Shown one piece after another: positions 1 to 7,558 of a DNA stretch of 42,479 nucleotides (positions within the stretch are counted from its first letter, which is position 1; each line of letters begins with the position of its first letter). Source of the stretch: a virus (taxonomy: Duplodnaviria; Heunggongvirae; Uroviricota; Caudoviricetes); the IMG/VR virus record IMGVR_UViG_2939127364_000002; one strand, given 5' to 3'. Made by a program: the position numbers and the translations under genes. The notes beneath the pieces were generated by a model. That model had not been told where the DNA came from. It saw nothing but the letters and a program-made list of their open reading frames with translations, and searched no databases.

Positions 1-201
1 TTACCCATTGGCGCGGCTTAAGAGCTTATTTTTGAATTCACAATGGTCACGATATAACCATCTTGCTCGCCCGTGGATAACTTTGGCTTTTGGCAGGTCG
101 CCGGACTTAATCCGGTCGTAGATGAAGGTTTTACCGAAGCCAGTATCGGCCATGATGAATTTCAAATCAACCAGGGAATCAGGCTGTAGTTCGTGTTGCA
201 T
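1..201 (-). CDS. torI: Excisionase / recombination directionality factor, TorI-like (66 aa, winged-helix Xis/AlpA type)
   Basis: Complete 66-aa ORF MQHELQPDSLVDLKFIMADTGFGK...; recognised as TorI of the KplE1/CPS-53 prophage; GGAG 9 nt upstream of ATG at 199..201; its stop codon is bases 1..3 of the window. Confidence 0.8.
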   Translation of the reverse strand: MQHELQPDSLVDLKFIMADTGFGKTFIYDRIKSGDLPKAKVIHGRARWLYRDHCEFKNKLLSRANG

Positions 202-220
202 GAGTGCTATCTCCGAATAG

Positions 221-236
221 GGAATCGAACCTGCAA
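221..236. repeat. 16-bp exact copy (ggaatcgaacctgcaa) of the argW T-arm sequence; candidate att core copy
   Basis: Identical 16-mer at 41411..41426 inside the tRNA; flanks diverge immediately on both sides. Confidence 0.6.
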
Positions 237-244
237 ATCAGGTA

Positions 245-267
245 ATAAAAAACCGCCATCAGGCGGC
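245..267 (-). terminator. Rho-independent terminator at the end of the early-left operon
   Basis: Minus-strand hairpin ccgcc-(4 nt loop)-ggcgg followed by T-tract (A-run 245..252 on plus strand). Confidence 0.6.
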
Positions 268-426
268 TTGGTGTTCTTTCAGTTCTTCAATTCGAATATT
301 GGTTACGTCTGCATGTGCTATCTGCGCCCATAGCATCCAGTGGTTATAGCAGTCGTTGATGTTCTCTGCTTCGATAACTCTGTTGAATGGTTCTCCATTC
401 CATTCACCTGTGACTCGGAAGTGCAT
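259..426 (-). CDS. Hypothetical small protein (55 aa)
   Basis: ORF MHFRVTGEWNGEPFNRVIEAENINDCYNHWMLWAQ... not in the track (under 60 aa); GGAG 8 nt upstream of ATG; stop lies in the terminator loop. Confidence 0.3.
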   Translation of the reverse strand: MHFRVTGEWNGEPFNRVIEAENINDCYNHWMLWAQIAHADVTNIRIEELKEHQAA

Positions 427-526
427 TTATCATCTCCATAAAACAAAACTCGCCGTAGCGAGTTCAGATAAAAGAAATCCCCGCGAGTTCGAGGATTGTT
501 ATTCACCTTTGACGGCAAGTTGCAGG

Positions 527-1159
527 TTAGCCACGGTTCACCTCCTGCGGCGGTTCTGGTAGCGGCGTCCAGAACAAGGCGTTCCCTAACCACGATAAAG
601 TGCCGTCGCTCAACTCCACGTATTCCCCTTGCACCTGGCCTGCCATATACTCACCGTGCTTTGAATAAATTAAAATCCAATCATCTTGAGCGGGCATTCG
701 CGCACTACAGCTTATCCAAGCATCCGGAGTTACCGGATAGTTGCGCATTGCGACCTTTAATGCCTCATAGAAGCAACCTTTCAGATTGCTGAACTGACGC
801 CCATTTAGCGGGCCGTGTTCAGTCAGCATGTTGTGTAATTTCCATGCCGCGTCGTTTACTTCGCTGGATGGCAGGGAAGGCAACTTGTAAGTTTGGCTTA
901 CAGGTTCGGCTTCCAGTTCTGCTATGCGTTTTTTTGCTGCCTCCCGCTCAACACGCAGCTTCCCTACCGTTAGCGCAATATCCTCGTTCTCCTGGTCACG
1001 GCGTTTGATGTATTGCTGGTTCCTTTCCCGTTCATCCAGCAGCGCTAGCACAATCGATGGTGTTACCAGCTCATGGAAAAGGTCCGCGTCAAATCCCCAG
1101 TCGTCGTGCATTGCCTGCTCTGCCGCCTCACGCAGTGCCTGGTAATTAATTTCGCTCAC
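527..1159 (-). CDS. Phage protein with C-terminal DUF551-like domain
   Basis: C-terminus ...[18 protein letters not shown]...[10 protein letters not shown] matches the DUF551 signature; start placed at GTG 1159 with AGGAGG 6 nt upstream rather than track start 1180. Confidence 0.55.
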   Translation of the reverse strand: MSEINYQALREAAEQAMHDDWGFDADLFHELVTPSIVLALLDERERNQQYIKRRDQENEDIALTVGKLRVEREAAKKRIAELEAEPVSQTYKLPSLPSSEVNDAAWKLHNMLTEHGPLNGRQFSNLKGCFYEALKVAMRNYPVTPDAWISCSARMPAQDDWILIYSKHGEYMAGQVQGEYVELSDGTLSWLGNALFWTPLPEPPQEVNRG

Positions 1160-1323
1160 TGGTTGCCTCCTTTGCGCCACATCGCATTCAGATATTTGTT
1201 GTCATTAACAGAACCGAAACTATTTCTCTTAAGCAATTCCTCTCTCGATGGCATTGGCTTTACGCGTTGGCGAATAATCATTTCTGCCGGAAGAATGCCG
1301 GGATTGTATGCAAGTCCTCTCAT
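1159..1323 (-). CDS. Hypothetical small protein (54 aa)
   Basis: [34 protein letters not shown]... with AAGAGGAA RBS; its TGA overlaps the GTG start of the downstream gene (GTGA). Confidence 0.3.
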
Positions 1324-1339
1324 GGTAAATTCCTCTTTG

Positions 1340-1654
1340 TTAATTTATTCGTATGCCTGCTCTTTCTTCATCGAGTTTTTTTAGCTTGTATCGCATAGCT
1401 CTTACTGAATAAATTGAGCGGCAGGTTGCAATTGCTATTTCTTCTGCGGAGAACTTACCGAAAAGTGATACTTCGGCTCTTGTCCATCGTCTTCCACGAA
1501 GTCGGCTAACAATGTCAGCGCCAATCCTTGTTGCTTTCGCCATTACTGCTTTTTCAGTCCTTTCCAGTTTTTCAGCGATAACTTCAACTGGCATTGTCGC
1601 CGCTACTTCGCGCAAGAAATCGACTTCCCATTTCTCCCATGGAGTCTTTTTCAT
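1340..1654 (-). CDS. Hypothetical early protein (104 aa)
   Basis: Track ORF in the early-left gene string; no family recognised. Confidence 0.45.
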   Translation of the reverse strand: MKKTPWEKWEVDFLREVAATMPVEVIAEKLERTEKAVMAKATRIGADIVSRLRGRRWTRAEVSLFGKFSAEEIAIATCRSIYSVRAMRYKLKKLDEERAGIRIN

Positions 1655-1665
1655 AGGCGATACCG

Positions 1666-2148
1666 TTATTTGATAAGAAGTGAAGGTTTCCCAACCTTGA
1701 GTTGAGCACCGGGGATATTTATTCCTGCTTTTAGTTGGTGTTTGATTGCCAGTTTGTCGGCTTTAATTGTCGTTTCAAACTCAACGTATTCAGGAGGAAG
1801 GGCGCTTGAGTCGATGATTTCTACAGTTTCTGACGGTTTGCGGATTGTTACCTGGTGAATACCTGCTCGAATCTTTTTCTTGCCAACCATTTCAAGCGAT
1901 GACGCTATATACGCCATAATGCTGTCAATCTTATTTTGAATTACTGCGGCTCTCTCATTTAGTGACTTTGCCTCTTCCTTGAGGCGTTCAGCATAACCAG
2001 ATTCATTTTTAATAATGGCGAGAAGTTGCTCTATTTTATCGGTAAATTCTCCTTCCATGCCTTCTATTGTGTCAGCAATCATCTCTGGCTCTAAATCTGA
2101 ATCCATCAATTTTGCGTATTCATTGGCTATTTCATATAGTTTGCTCAC
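1666..2148 (-). CDS. Recombination-associated protein, resembles Sipho_Gp157 family
   Basis: N-terminus VSKLYEIANEYAKLMD... and position immediately downstream of RecT; start moved to GTG 2148 with GGAGG 6 nt upstream. Confidence 0.45.
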   Translation of the reverse strand: MSKLYEIANEYAKLMDSDLEPEMIADTIEGMEGEFTDKIEQLLAIIKNESGYAERLKEEAKSLNERAAVIQNKIDSIMAYIASSLEMVGKKKIRAGIHQVTIRKPSETVEIIDSSALPPEYVEFETTIKADKLAIKHQLKAGINIPGAQLKVGKPSLLIK

Positions 2149-3043
2149 TGGCAACCTCCAGTTTCGCTTTGCATTCTATGTAAATGGCTTGTACGTTCTG
2201 CTGCAATTTCATTCCAGACGTCAGGCGATATGCTTCTGCAAAATATCGCTTCAAATCATCCATGTTTTCTGCCTGAGCCATTTCATCGCAAAGAAGTTGT
2301 ACTTTATCCATTATTTCCTGCTGGCGTTTCCGTTCATCTTCGCGGATATCTTCCTCTGATTTGTGCGGCATAACTGGTTCAGTCCACACACCTTCTTCTT
2401 CGTTTAGTACGTGAATAGCACTATCAAGACGTGATGCCTTAGGCCAATACTTGCTTGCACGCTTTACGACCGTCTTTCGCGCCATCTCATTCCAGTGATT
2501 TACCCATGGTCCTTTATCGCTGAATGCTGCCTTGCTTGTTTTCCTTACAGCCTCAATTTCAGCCAGACTCATCTCTTCCGTTAGATAATCACCTGCTGGC
2601 ATCTTAACTGTGCAGTAAACGCCAACGATATCACCACGATCACCGAAGGCGTTGTATTTATGGGTTGGTGCTTTATCAAGCCCGTTTGACTCATAGGTAT
2701 CGTTAGCATGAACAAGTTTTGCCTGACCCCATGAGATAACACCAGACTCCATTGCAATATGGAGCAATCCCATATAACTGATATCAAGGCACACCATGCC
2801 GTCGCGCGGAACCAGATAAGCCAGTTTGCTAGCTGGGTTTAAGGTGATGCCGATCGCCGCAACATTGATGATGGCGTTCTGTGCGCTGGTTGGATTTGCC
2901 AGTGCTGTTTTAGCCAGGTAATCGTTTTTCTGGAAATACTGAATTGCAAACTGGCTTTCCTTAGCCCATGTCACCGTCTGTTCAGTCAATGCTCCGCAGA
3001 ATAACTGCTCCTGCTGTTTAACGAATTCAACGATATTGCTCAT
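2132..3043 (-). CDS. recT: RecT-family single-strand annealing recombinase
   Basis: 303-aa ORF of typical RecT size and sequence character; GGAGAA RBS; sits in the recombination slot of the early-left operon. Confidence 0.7.
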   Translation of the reverse strand: MSNIVEFVKQQEQLFCGALTEQTVTWAKESQFAIQYFQKNDYLAKTALANPTSAQNAIINVAAIGITLNPASKLAYLVPRDGMVCLDISYMGLLHIAMESGVISWGQAKLVHANDTYESNGLDKAPTHKYNAFGDRGDIVGVYCTVKMPAGDYLTEEMSLAEIEAVRKTSKAAFSDKGPWVNHWNEMARKTVVKRASKYWPKASRLDSAIHVLNEEEGVWTEPVMPHKSEEDIREDERKRQQEIMDKVQLLCDEMAQAENMDDLKRYFAEAYRLTSGMKLQQNVQAIYIECKAKLEVASEQTI

Positions 3044-3351
3044 GCAGCTTCTCCAAAAATGTGTCTGCGTTTGAATATTGCGAAGGCATATTCAGCCTTA
3101 ACTCTTTCAGTTATTGCATCCCAGAACCATTCAGCGGCTTTTTCCTGATAGTTACAGTCATCATCTTCCAGCCAGTCGATAGCGTCCTTAGTGTGTTCAT
3201 CTGGTTTATATGAGCGAAGCATTTCGCTTATTGGGTCGCAACGTTTGCAGAGGCGATCAACTTCACTGTTGATTCGCTCGTAATCTTCATCAGTAAAACT
3301 TGCGATTATTTGCGATATTTCACGCTTATCATTCAGAGTCAGAATCATCAT
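3040..3351 (-). CDS. Hypothetical early protein (103 aa)
   Basis: Track ORF with AGGAG RBS 5 nt upstream of ATG; no family recognised. Confidence 0.5.
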   Translation of the reverse strand: MMILTLNDKREISQIIASFTDEDYERINSEVDRLCKRCDPISEMLRSYKPDEHTKDAIDWLEDDDCNYQEKAAEWFWDAITERVKAEYAFAIFKRRHIFGEAA

Positions 3352-3569
3352 CTTTCTCCTGTTCTTTGTGCTGATTGAGAATTTTGTTCATCTGACGAAT
3401 GAATTCTTCGTCTGACCAGTTATCTGTAAAACTCATTTCCTGCGATACCATGGAAGGTTGATAGCTGATTTCATCGCTTTATTTGCTTCAAGCCACATTT
3501 TGGAATCACCAATAAATCTGGCTATTACTGCTTTGTTTTGTGCTGCACGAAGCACCTGGTGATTGATGG

Positions 3570-3704
3570 CTATTTCATTGCGCATAACGCCTCCAGTTGT
3601 TTCTTTGCTGCTCTGATTAATTGTTTAACTCGGCGTGATAATTCAGATTCGTGCGGGTAGAAAGCGGACATGACGCCGCTACCCGCGAACTGAAAGTGCA
3701 TCAT
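3570..3704 (-). CDS. Hypothetical small protein (44 aa)
   Basis: MMHFQFAGSGVMSAFYPHESELSRRVKQ... with AAGGAG 7 nt upstream; the longer track ORF 3570..3809 would run through a terminator hairpin. Confidence 0.3.
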   Translation of the reverse strand: MMHFQFAGSGVMSAFYPHESELSRRVKQLIRAAKKQLEALCAMK

Positions 3705-3770
3705 GGGTAACTCCTTCTGTTTGATTACATAACGAAAACGCCTCAAGTGAAGCGTTATTGTTATGCATAT

Positions 3771-3794
3771 AAAAAAGCCCTCACACTGGAGGGC
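3771..3794 (-). terminator. Terminator-like hairpin within the early-left operon
   Basis: Minus-strand stem gccctc/gagggc with 6-nt loop followed by TTTTTT. Confidence 0.5.
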
Positions 3795-3912
3795 AAAGAA
3801 GATTTCCAATAATCAGAACAAGTCGGCTCCTGTTTAGTTACGAGCGACATTGCTCCGTGTATTCACTCGTTGGAATGAATACACAGTGCAGTGTTTATTC
3901 TGTTGTTTATGC

Positions 3913-3938
3913 CAAAAATAAAGGCCGACTATGCGGCC
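3913..3938 (-). terminator. Terminator-like hairpin directly after the 3939..4121 gene
   Basis: Minus-strand stem ggccg/cggcc with 6-nt loop followed by TTTATTTTTG. Confidence 0.5.
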
Positions 3939-4121
3939 TCAGAATGGTTTGTATCCATGTTTAAAGGCGAAATCGTATGCCTCATCATTAGTGCTGAAGT
4001 ATTCATAATCAGCAAATCCATCACGATAAAACTTGCAGCACCAATGAGGCGGAATGCCATCCTCATGACCATAGTCTTGATGGAACACATCCTCGACGAT
4101 GATATTTTCATCTTTTCCCAT
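3939..4121 (-). CDS. Hypothetical small acidic protein (60 aa)
   Basis: MGKDENIIVEDVFHQDYGHEDGIPPHWCCKFYRDGFADYEYF...; GAGGTGA RBS 4 nt upstream of ATG; rich in Asp/Glu and aromatics. Confidence 0.55.
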   Translation of the reverse strand: MGKDENIIVEDVFHQDYGHEDGIPPHWCCKFYRDGFADYEYFSTNDEAYDFAFKHGYKPF

Positions 4122-4183
4122 ATATCACCTCAAATAAGTGGTTTGCTGCCAAAACAATGAACCATCCGGAAATTCCAGATAGT

Positions 4184-4411
4184 TCATAATTCACTCTTCA
4201 ATACTTCCAGCTTACTAATCGCCGAAAGATATCCGCGCTGATAGGGCATCATCATTCCTTCGAGCTTGCCACTTCTTAACTCCTCCCTGAGCAATTGTAT
4301 TGCTTGATCAATAACCTCTGCCTTAGCGTCCTTTATGGCTTGCTTGCGGGGCTTTGCTTTCTGCTTTGGCAGATTTCTCAAGCATGATGGAATGTATGTC
4401 TGATTCATCAC
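4184..4411 (-). CDS. Hypothetical early protein (75 aa) immediately downstream of N
   Basis: Track ORF abutting the N stop codon; no family recognised. Confidence 0.5.
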   Translation of the reverse strand: MMNQTYIPSCLRNLPKQKAKPRKQAIKDAKAEVIDQAIQLLREELRSGKLEGMMMPYQRGYLSAISKLEVLKSEL

Positions 4412-4774
4412 TTACCTGGCTGTCAGTTGTTTTGATTTCCGGTATCCTGCCGCGTAAATGGCTACGTTTGGAAGACATACACCAGTTTCTGGTTGCTTAT
4501 GTCCAAACTCATTCGCGTACACAATGGCTGCTCTCTCCAGATTGCGTCTGTATTCTTTCTGTTGCCAGATCACGTCCTGTGCCATGAACTTAATTGGCTT
4601 AGCGTCTTCTATGCGCTCAGGCGTTTCGTGAGTACCTTTAGCCTGAATCTGCGCTCTGCTTAGAGTAGGGCGGTGTAATACTTCTGAGCTTGCCGTAATC
4701 TCATTCTGGAGCGCTGCACGACGCTCACGACGACGACCTGATGCTGAGCCATTGAAAGCTGTTCTGCGTGTCAT
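4412..4774 (-). CDS. N: N-like transcription antiterminator
   Basis: Arginine-rich N-terminus ...GRRRERRAALQ... resembles the lambda N arginine-rich motif; first gene left of the oL region; AGGAGG 7 nt upstream of ATG. Confidence 0.65.
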   Translation of the reverse strand: MTRRTAFNGSASGRRRERRAALQNEITASSEVLHRPTLSRAQIQAKGTHETPERIEDAKPIKFMAQDVIWQQKEYRRNLERAAIVYANEFGHKQPETGVCLPNVAIYAAGYRKSKQLTAR

Positions 4775-4877
4775 AGTGACCTCCTGATGAACTTTGGTGA
4801 TGCAATGGCCGGTGCTTATCTTCGGCTTGCCTCAACGGGCTGCATTTCATCGCATCCCAAAGTTCACTTTGGTTATT

Positions 4878-4891
4878 AGGCTTTTCAGCCT
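4878..4891 (-). promoter_or_regulatory. Candidate nutL boxB-like hairpin
   Basis: On the leftward transcript: CTACG then AGGCU-GAAA-AGCCU; same design as the hairpin at 7461..7474. Confidence 0.4.
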
Positions 4892-4961
4892 CGTAGATTC
4901 ATCTCTGAATCGTTGTATATTCACCGCCCTGGTGAGTAGTGCGTCCTGCTGATGGGTAAAC

Positions 4962-5005
4962 TTTATCGAAATGATAAATCAATGGCAATAGCAAAATGAT
5001 AAATT
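4962..5005. promoter_or_regulatory. oL/pL operator region
   Basis: Two copies of ATGATAAAT (4972..4980, 4996..5004) plus TTTATCG at 4962..4968; the same motif recurs at oR. Confidence 0.5.
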
Positions 5006-5181
5006 CCTTTGGTTTTCAAATATCGTATTGATTCTTATGGTGTTTTATTTTGTTGTAGGAATCCGACAGGATAAATAAAGAGATTTGAGGGAGATCTGGA
5101 TTGCGTGGTTTAGTGAGTTGTATCTGTTTATTTTTCAACAAATACAATTGGTTATGTGTTTTTAGGTGGGGGGATCGTGAG

Positions 5182-5209
5182 GCAAAGAAAACCCGGCTCT
5201 GTGGCCGGG
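5182..5209 (-). terminator. Rho-independent terminator closing the cI operon
   Basis: Minus-strand hairpin cccggc-(6 nt loop)-gccggg followed by TTTTCTTTG, directly after the stop at 5218. Confidence 0.6.
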
Positions 5210-5217
5210 TTAATGCG

Positions 5218-5838
5218 TTAATGCTGGGGAGTGATTTTTTTGTTGTCTGTTGGCTGGGTATTTTGTGGCGGCGCTTGCAAAGTGGAAGGCTGTTGCAAAG
5301 GTGCGTGGTCTGACTTTAAAGCTGATACCAGCCCGGGAATCGCAACTATTACAGCGATAATGACACTAAAAATGGCTAATCGTATAGAAATACCCGACTG
5401 AACACCACTAATTGCGGTATTAACCCCTGTTATTTGTCCTTGAATTCCTTCGAATCTCCCATTAATTGCTTTTATATCGCCAGCAGCGCTATCCATCTTT
5501 CCATCGATCTTGGACGATAGAGAGTTTATGGCTGCATTAAGTGATGCAAATTGGACATTAACGCTTTCACGAGATAGAGCCATGTCAGCCCTAATGGAAG
5601 AAGCAATAGACTCCATCTCTGCTTTATTAGCAGCTAAGCGAGCATCAAGTTCCTCTCTGCTGATCGTTCCCACTTCTTCCTCCGTTTGTGGCGGTTTTAT
5701 GTAATTATTTTGCACCTTGGTGGGAGAATTATCAAATTCAGCCTCAAAATAGGAACCGCCAACAACCTTCAACCTCCGGCTTTCAGATATGTTGGTGTCT
5801 TGCTTTCCATGATTATTTAAATTGCTGTCGTCACTCAT
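5218..5838 (-). CDS. Membrane-anchored coiled-coil protein of unknown function (206 aa), distal gene of the cI operon
   Basis: Polar N-terminus, heptad-like central region, single hydrophobic segment IRLAIFSVIIAVIVAIPGLVSAL near the C-terminus, Pro/Gln-rich tail; ATGA overlap with the upstream gene. Confidence 0.6.
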   Translation of the reverse strand: MSDDSNLNNHGKQDTNISESRRLKVVGGSYFEAEFDNSPTKVQNNYIKPPQTEEEVGTISREELDARLAANKAEMESIASSIRADMALSRESVNVQFASLNAAINSLSSKIDGKMDSAAGDIKAINGRFEGIQGQITGVNTAISGVQSGISIRLAIFSVIIAVIVAIPGLVSALKSDHAPLQQPSTLQAPPQNTQPTDNKKITPQH

Positions 5839-6269
5839 AATAGCTCTACGGTGAAAAATGATTCATTTTTATGAAGTTCATTTTTAGGGTCTTCATTATC
5901 CTGCAATATCCCTATAACACTATACAGCCCTTTAGCTGGGACCCTAATTTCTTTCAATGTTACTATTACCTGTCCGCCAACCCCTGTTTCAAAATGGCTA
6001 TCTTTCGTATCGATGAAAAGTGAAACTGATTCCGAAGAGCCGTCAGGGAATTGAATTTCCTCACCTTTTTTTATAATTAGGTGCGCGGGGATTACCATAA
6101 TACCCAAATTATATCTTGAATTTGGTTTCAACCCGATCATACCAACCCTGAAATCAATTGATAGCCGCGCAGGAAATTCATTGCATGTAAAATTAAGCGT
6201 CGGTTGGTTGGGTTCTTCGCTGCTATCAAATGGGGTTATAAAAGATATTCTTTCTAAATTAAGTGCCAT
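5835..6269 (-). CDS. Hypothetical soluble protein (about 144 aa) between cI and the membrane protein
   Basis: Start placed at ATG 6269 (MALNLERISF...) with AGGAG 5 nt upstream; track start 6323 has no good RBS; no family recognised. Confidence 0.55.
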   Translation of the reverse strand: MALNLERISFITPFDSSEEPNQPTLNFTCNEFPARLSIDFRVGMIGLKPNSRYNLGIMVIPAHLIIKKGEEIQFPDGSSESVSLFIDTKDSHFETGVGGQVIVTLKEIRVPAKGLYSVIGILQDNEDPKNELHKNESFFTVELL

Positions 6270-6370
6270 AAATTCTCCTGCATCGCTGTATGCTCTACGA
6301 GCATCTCGGCGACTTATCATCACCCAAACGTCTCTTCAGGCCACTGGCTACCAGCTATGTGACGATGAAG

Positions 6371-7075
6371 TCACGAATTTTTCAGCCACTCCCTTGCCTC
6401 GATGTCATCCAGATGGCGAGATTGCTTCAGAATACCAGCCACATACTCCACCTTTGCTACTTGATGATAAGGCAACGTTATAGGCCTGTGGTCCTGGTTA
6501 ATGCTTGTAAATTGGTATTCTCCATCTCTGTCATAGCCAAGAACCTTAATCATGTTGTGTCCTTCAACGGTTCTGACAAACACCTCATCACCCGGGAATA
6601 CTTTGGTGTTAGGCTCAATGAGTACATATTCTCCTGATTTTATTCTGGGCCACATGCTGTCTCCTTTCACACGAAGACCAAAGGCATCTGGATCATCGCT
6701 ATAAATTTTGAGCCACCCATCGCGCTCTTCGGTCATCTCGATGGCACCATCAACACCAAGAATTGCCTCACCAACCACGCGCACTAACCCTTTTCTTACC
6801 TGACCGACAAAAGTTAAAGAATCTGAGCATGATGCAATTGGTGTTACATCATGCACCAAATCAAGCCACCCATTAGGTAACCCAAGTGCGGCTTCAAATT
6901 TTCTTGCTAGTTTATCCCCTATGTTTCGAGTGCTTTTTTCACCGGAGACTTGCGTGAGTTGAGAAGGGCTAACCCCAAGCTTATCGGCAAAGCTTGCATT
7001 AGTGTTACCCGCGATTTTTTTATGCTCATCTAGCAAAAACGCTAGATTTGATTTGCGAATATCTTTGTTTTCCAT
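6371..7075 (-). CDS. cI: CI-type prophage repressor (HTH plus S24 LexA-like autopeptidase domain)
   Basis: N-terminal HTH ...SFADKLGVSPSQLTQV...; C-terminal ...GDSMWP... serine-lysine dyad signature; divergent from cro across the operator region. Confidence 0.9.
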   Translation of the reverse strand: MENKDIRKSNLAFLLDEHKKIAGNTNASFADKLGVSPSQLTQVSGEKSTRNIGDKLARKFEAALGLPNGWLDLVHDVTPIASCSDSLTFVGQVRKGLVRVVGEAILGVDGAIEMTEERDGWLKIYSDDPDAFGLRVKGDSMWPRIKSGEYVLIEPNTKVFPGDEVFVRTVEGHNMIKVLGYDRDGEYQFTSINQDHRPITLPYHQVAKVEYVAGILKQSRHLDDIEAREWLKNS

Positions 7076-7100
7076 CCCACAATTTTCCCTCTATTTAGCA

Positions 7101-7180
7101 AATGGATAAATACGCAATATGATAAATTTACATTGCGGTTGATTTATCAAAATGGTAAAGTTATTCTGTATGATAAACGG
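7101..7180. promoter_or_regulatory. oR/pRM/pR operator region
   Basis: TGATAAA at 7120..7126 and 7171..7177, inverted TTTATCA at 7143..7149, GGATAAA at 7104..7110; lies between divergent cI and cro. Confidence 0.55.
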
Positions 7181-7188
7181 AGGCACTA

Positions 7189-7422
7189 ATGAGTAATGAA
7201 CTACTACGCTGGCGAAAAGAGGCTTCTAGTGAGGAATGGAAGCGACTCGCCGCATTAGCGAAAACTTCAGTTGGCTATCTTGACCAGATTGCATATGGAT
7301 TTCGAAGAGCTTCCCCTGATAAAGCGAATGCAATCGAAGAAGCTACTCGTAATTTCACGGGTTATAAACCTGTGAAAAAGGAAAACCTGGTGTTCGTATC
7401 GCGTAGAGCATCGGCAGCATAA
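7189..7422 (+). CDS. cro: Cro-like repressor (77 aa)
   Basis: Small basic protein, first rightward gene after the operators; GGAGG 6 nt upstream of ATG. Confidence 0.75.
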   Translation: MSNELLRWRKEASSEEWKRLAALAKTSVGYLDQIAYGFRRASPDKANAIEEATRNFTGYKPVKKENLVFVSRRASAA

Positions 7423-7460
7423 GTAACACCGCTATTTTCACAATGGACATTCGTCCTACG

Positions 7461-7474
7461 TCGCTGAAAAGCGA
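7461..7474 (+). promoter_or_regulatory. Candidate nutR boxB-like hairpin
   Basis: CTACG then UCGCU-GAAA-AGCGA between cro and cII; a second hairpin atgcgt/acgcat follows at 7505..7520. Confidence 0.4.
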
Positions 7475-7558
7475 GCCCCAAGATATCTGACCAACTAAGG
7501 CCATATGCGTTTCCACGCATACCTTTCAACTAACTATTCACTATTGGAAAATTAACAA

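Noticed and set aside
207-220. Original argW 3-prime tail next to the left att core copy
   Set aside because: The 14 nt left of the core (ctatctccgaatag) show only chance-level matches to the tRNA acceptor tail, so I could not call this a reconstituted tRNA end; this is why the attR assignment is left open.
318-593. 91-aa minus-strand ORF overlapping the DUF551 gene 3-prime end
   Set aside because: It overlaps a better-supported gene in another frame and has no RBS; a shorter ORF at 259..426 with a good RBS explains the region better.
5101-5313. 70-aa plus-strand ORF across the terminator and the 3-prime end of the membrane protein gene
   Set aside because: It spans a terminator hairpin, has no RBS, and is antisense to a better-supported gene.
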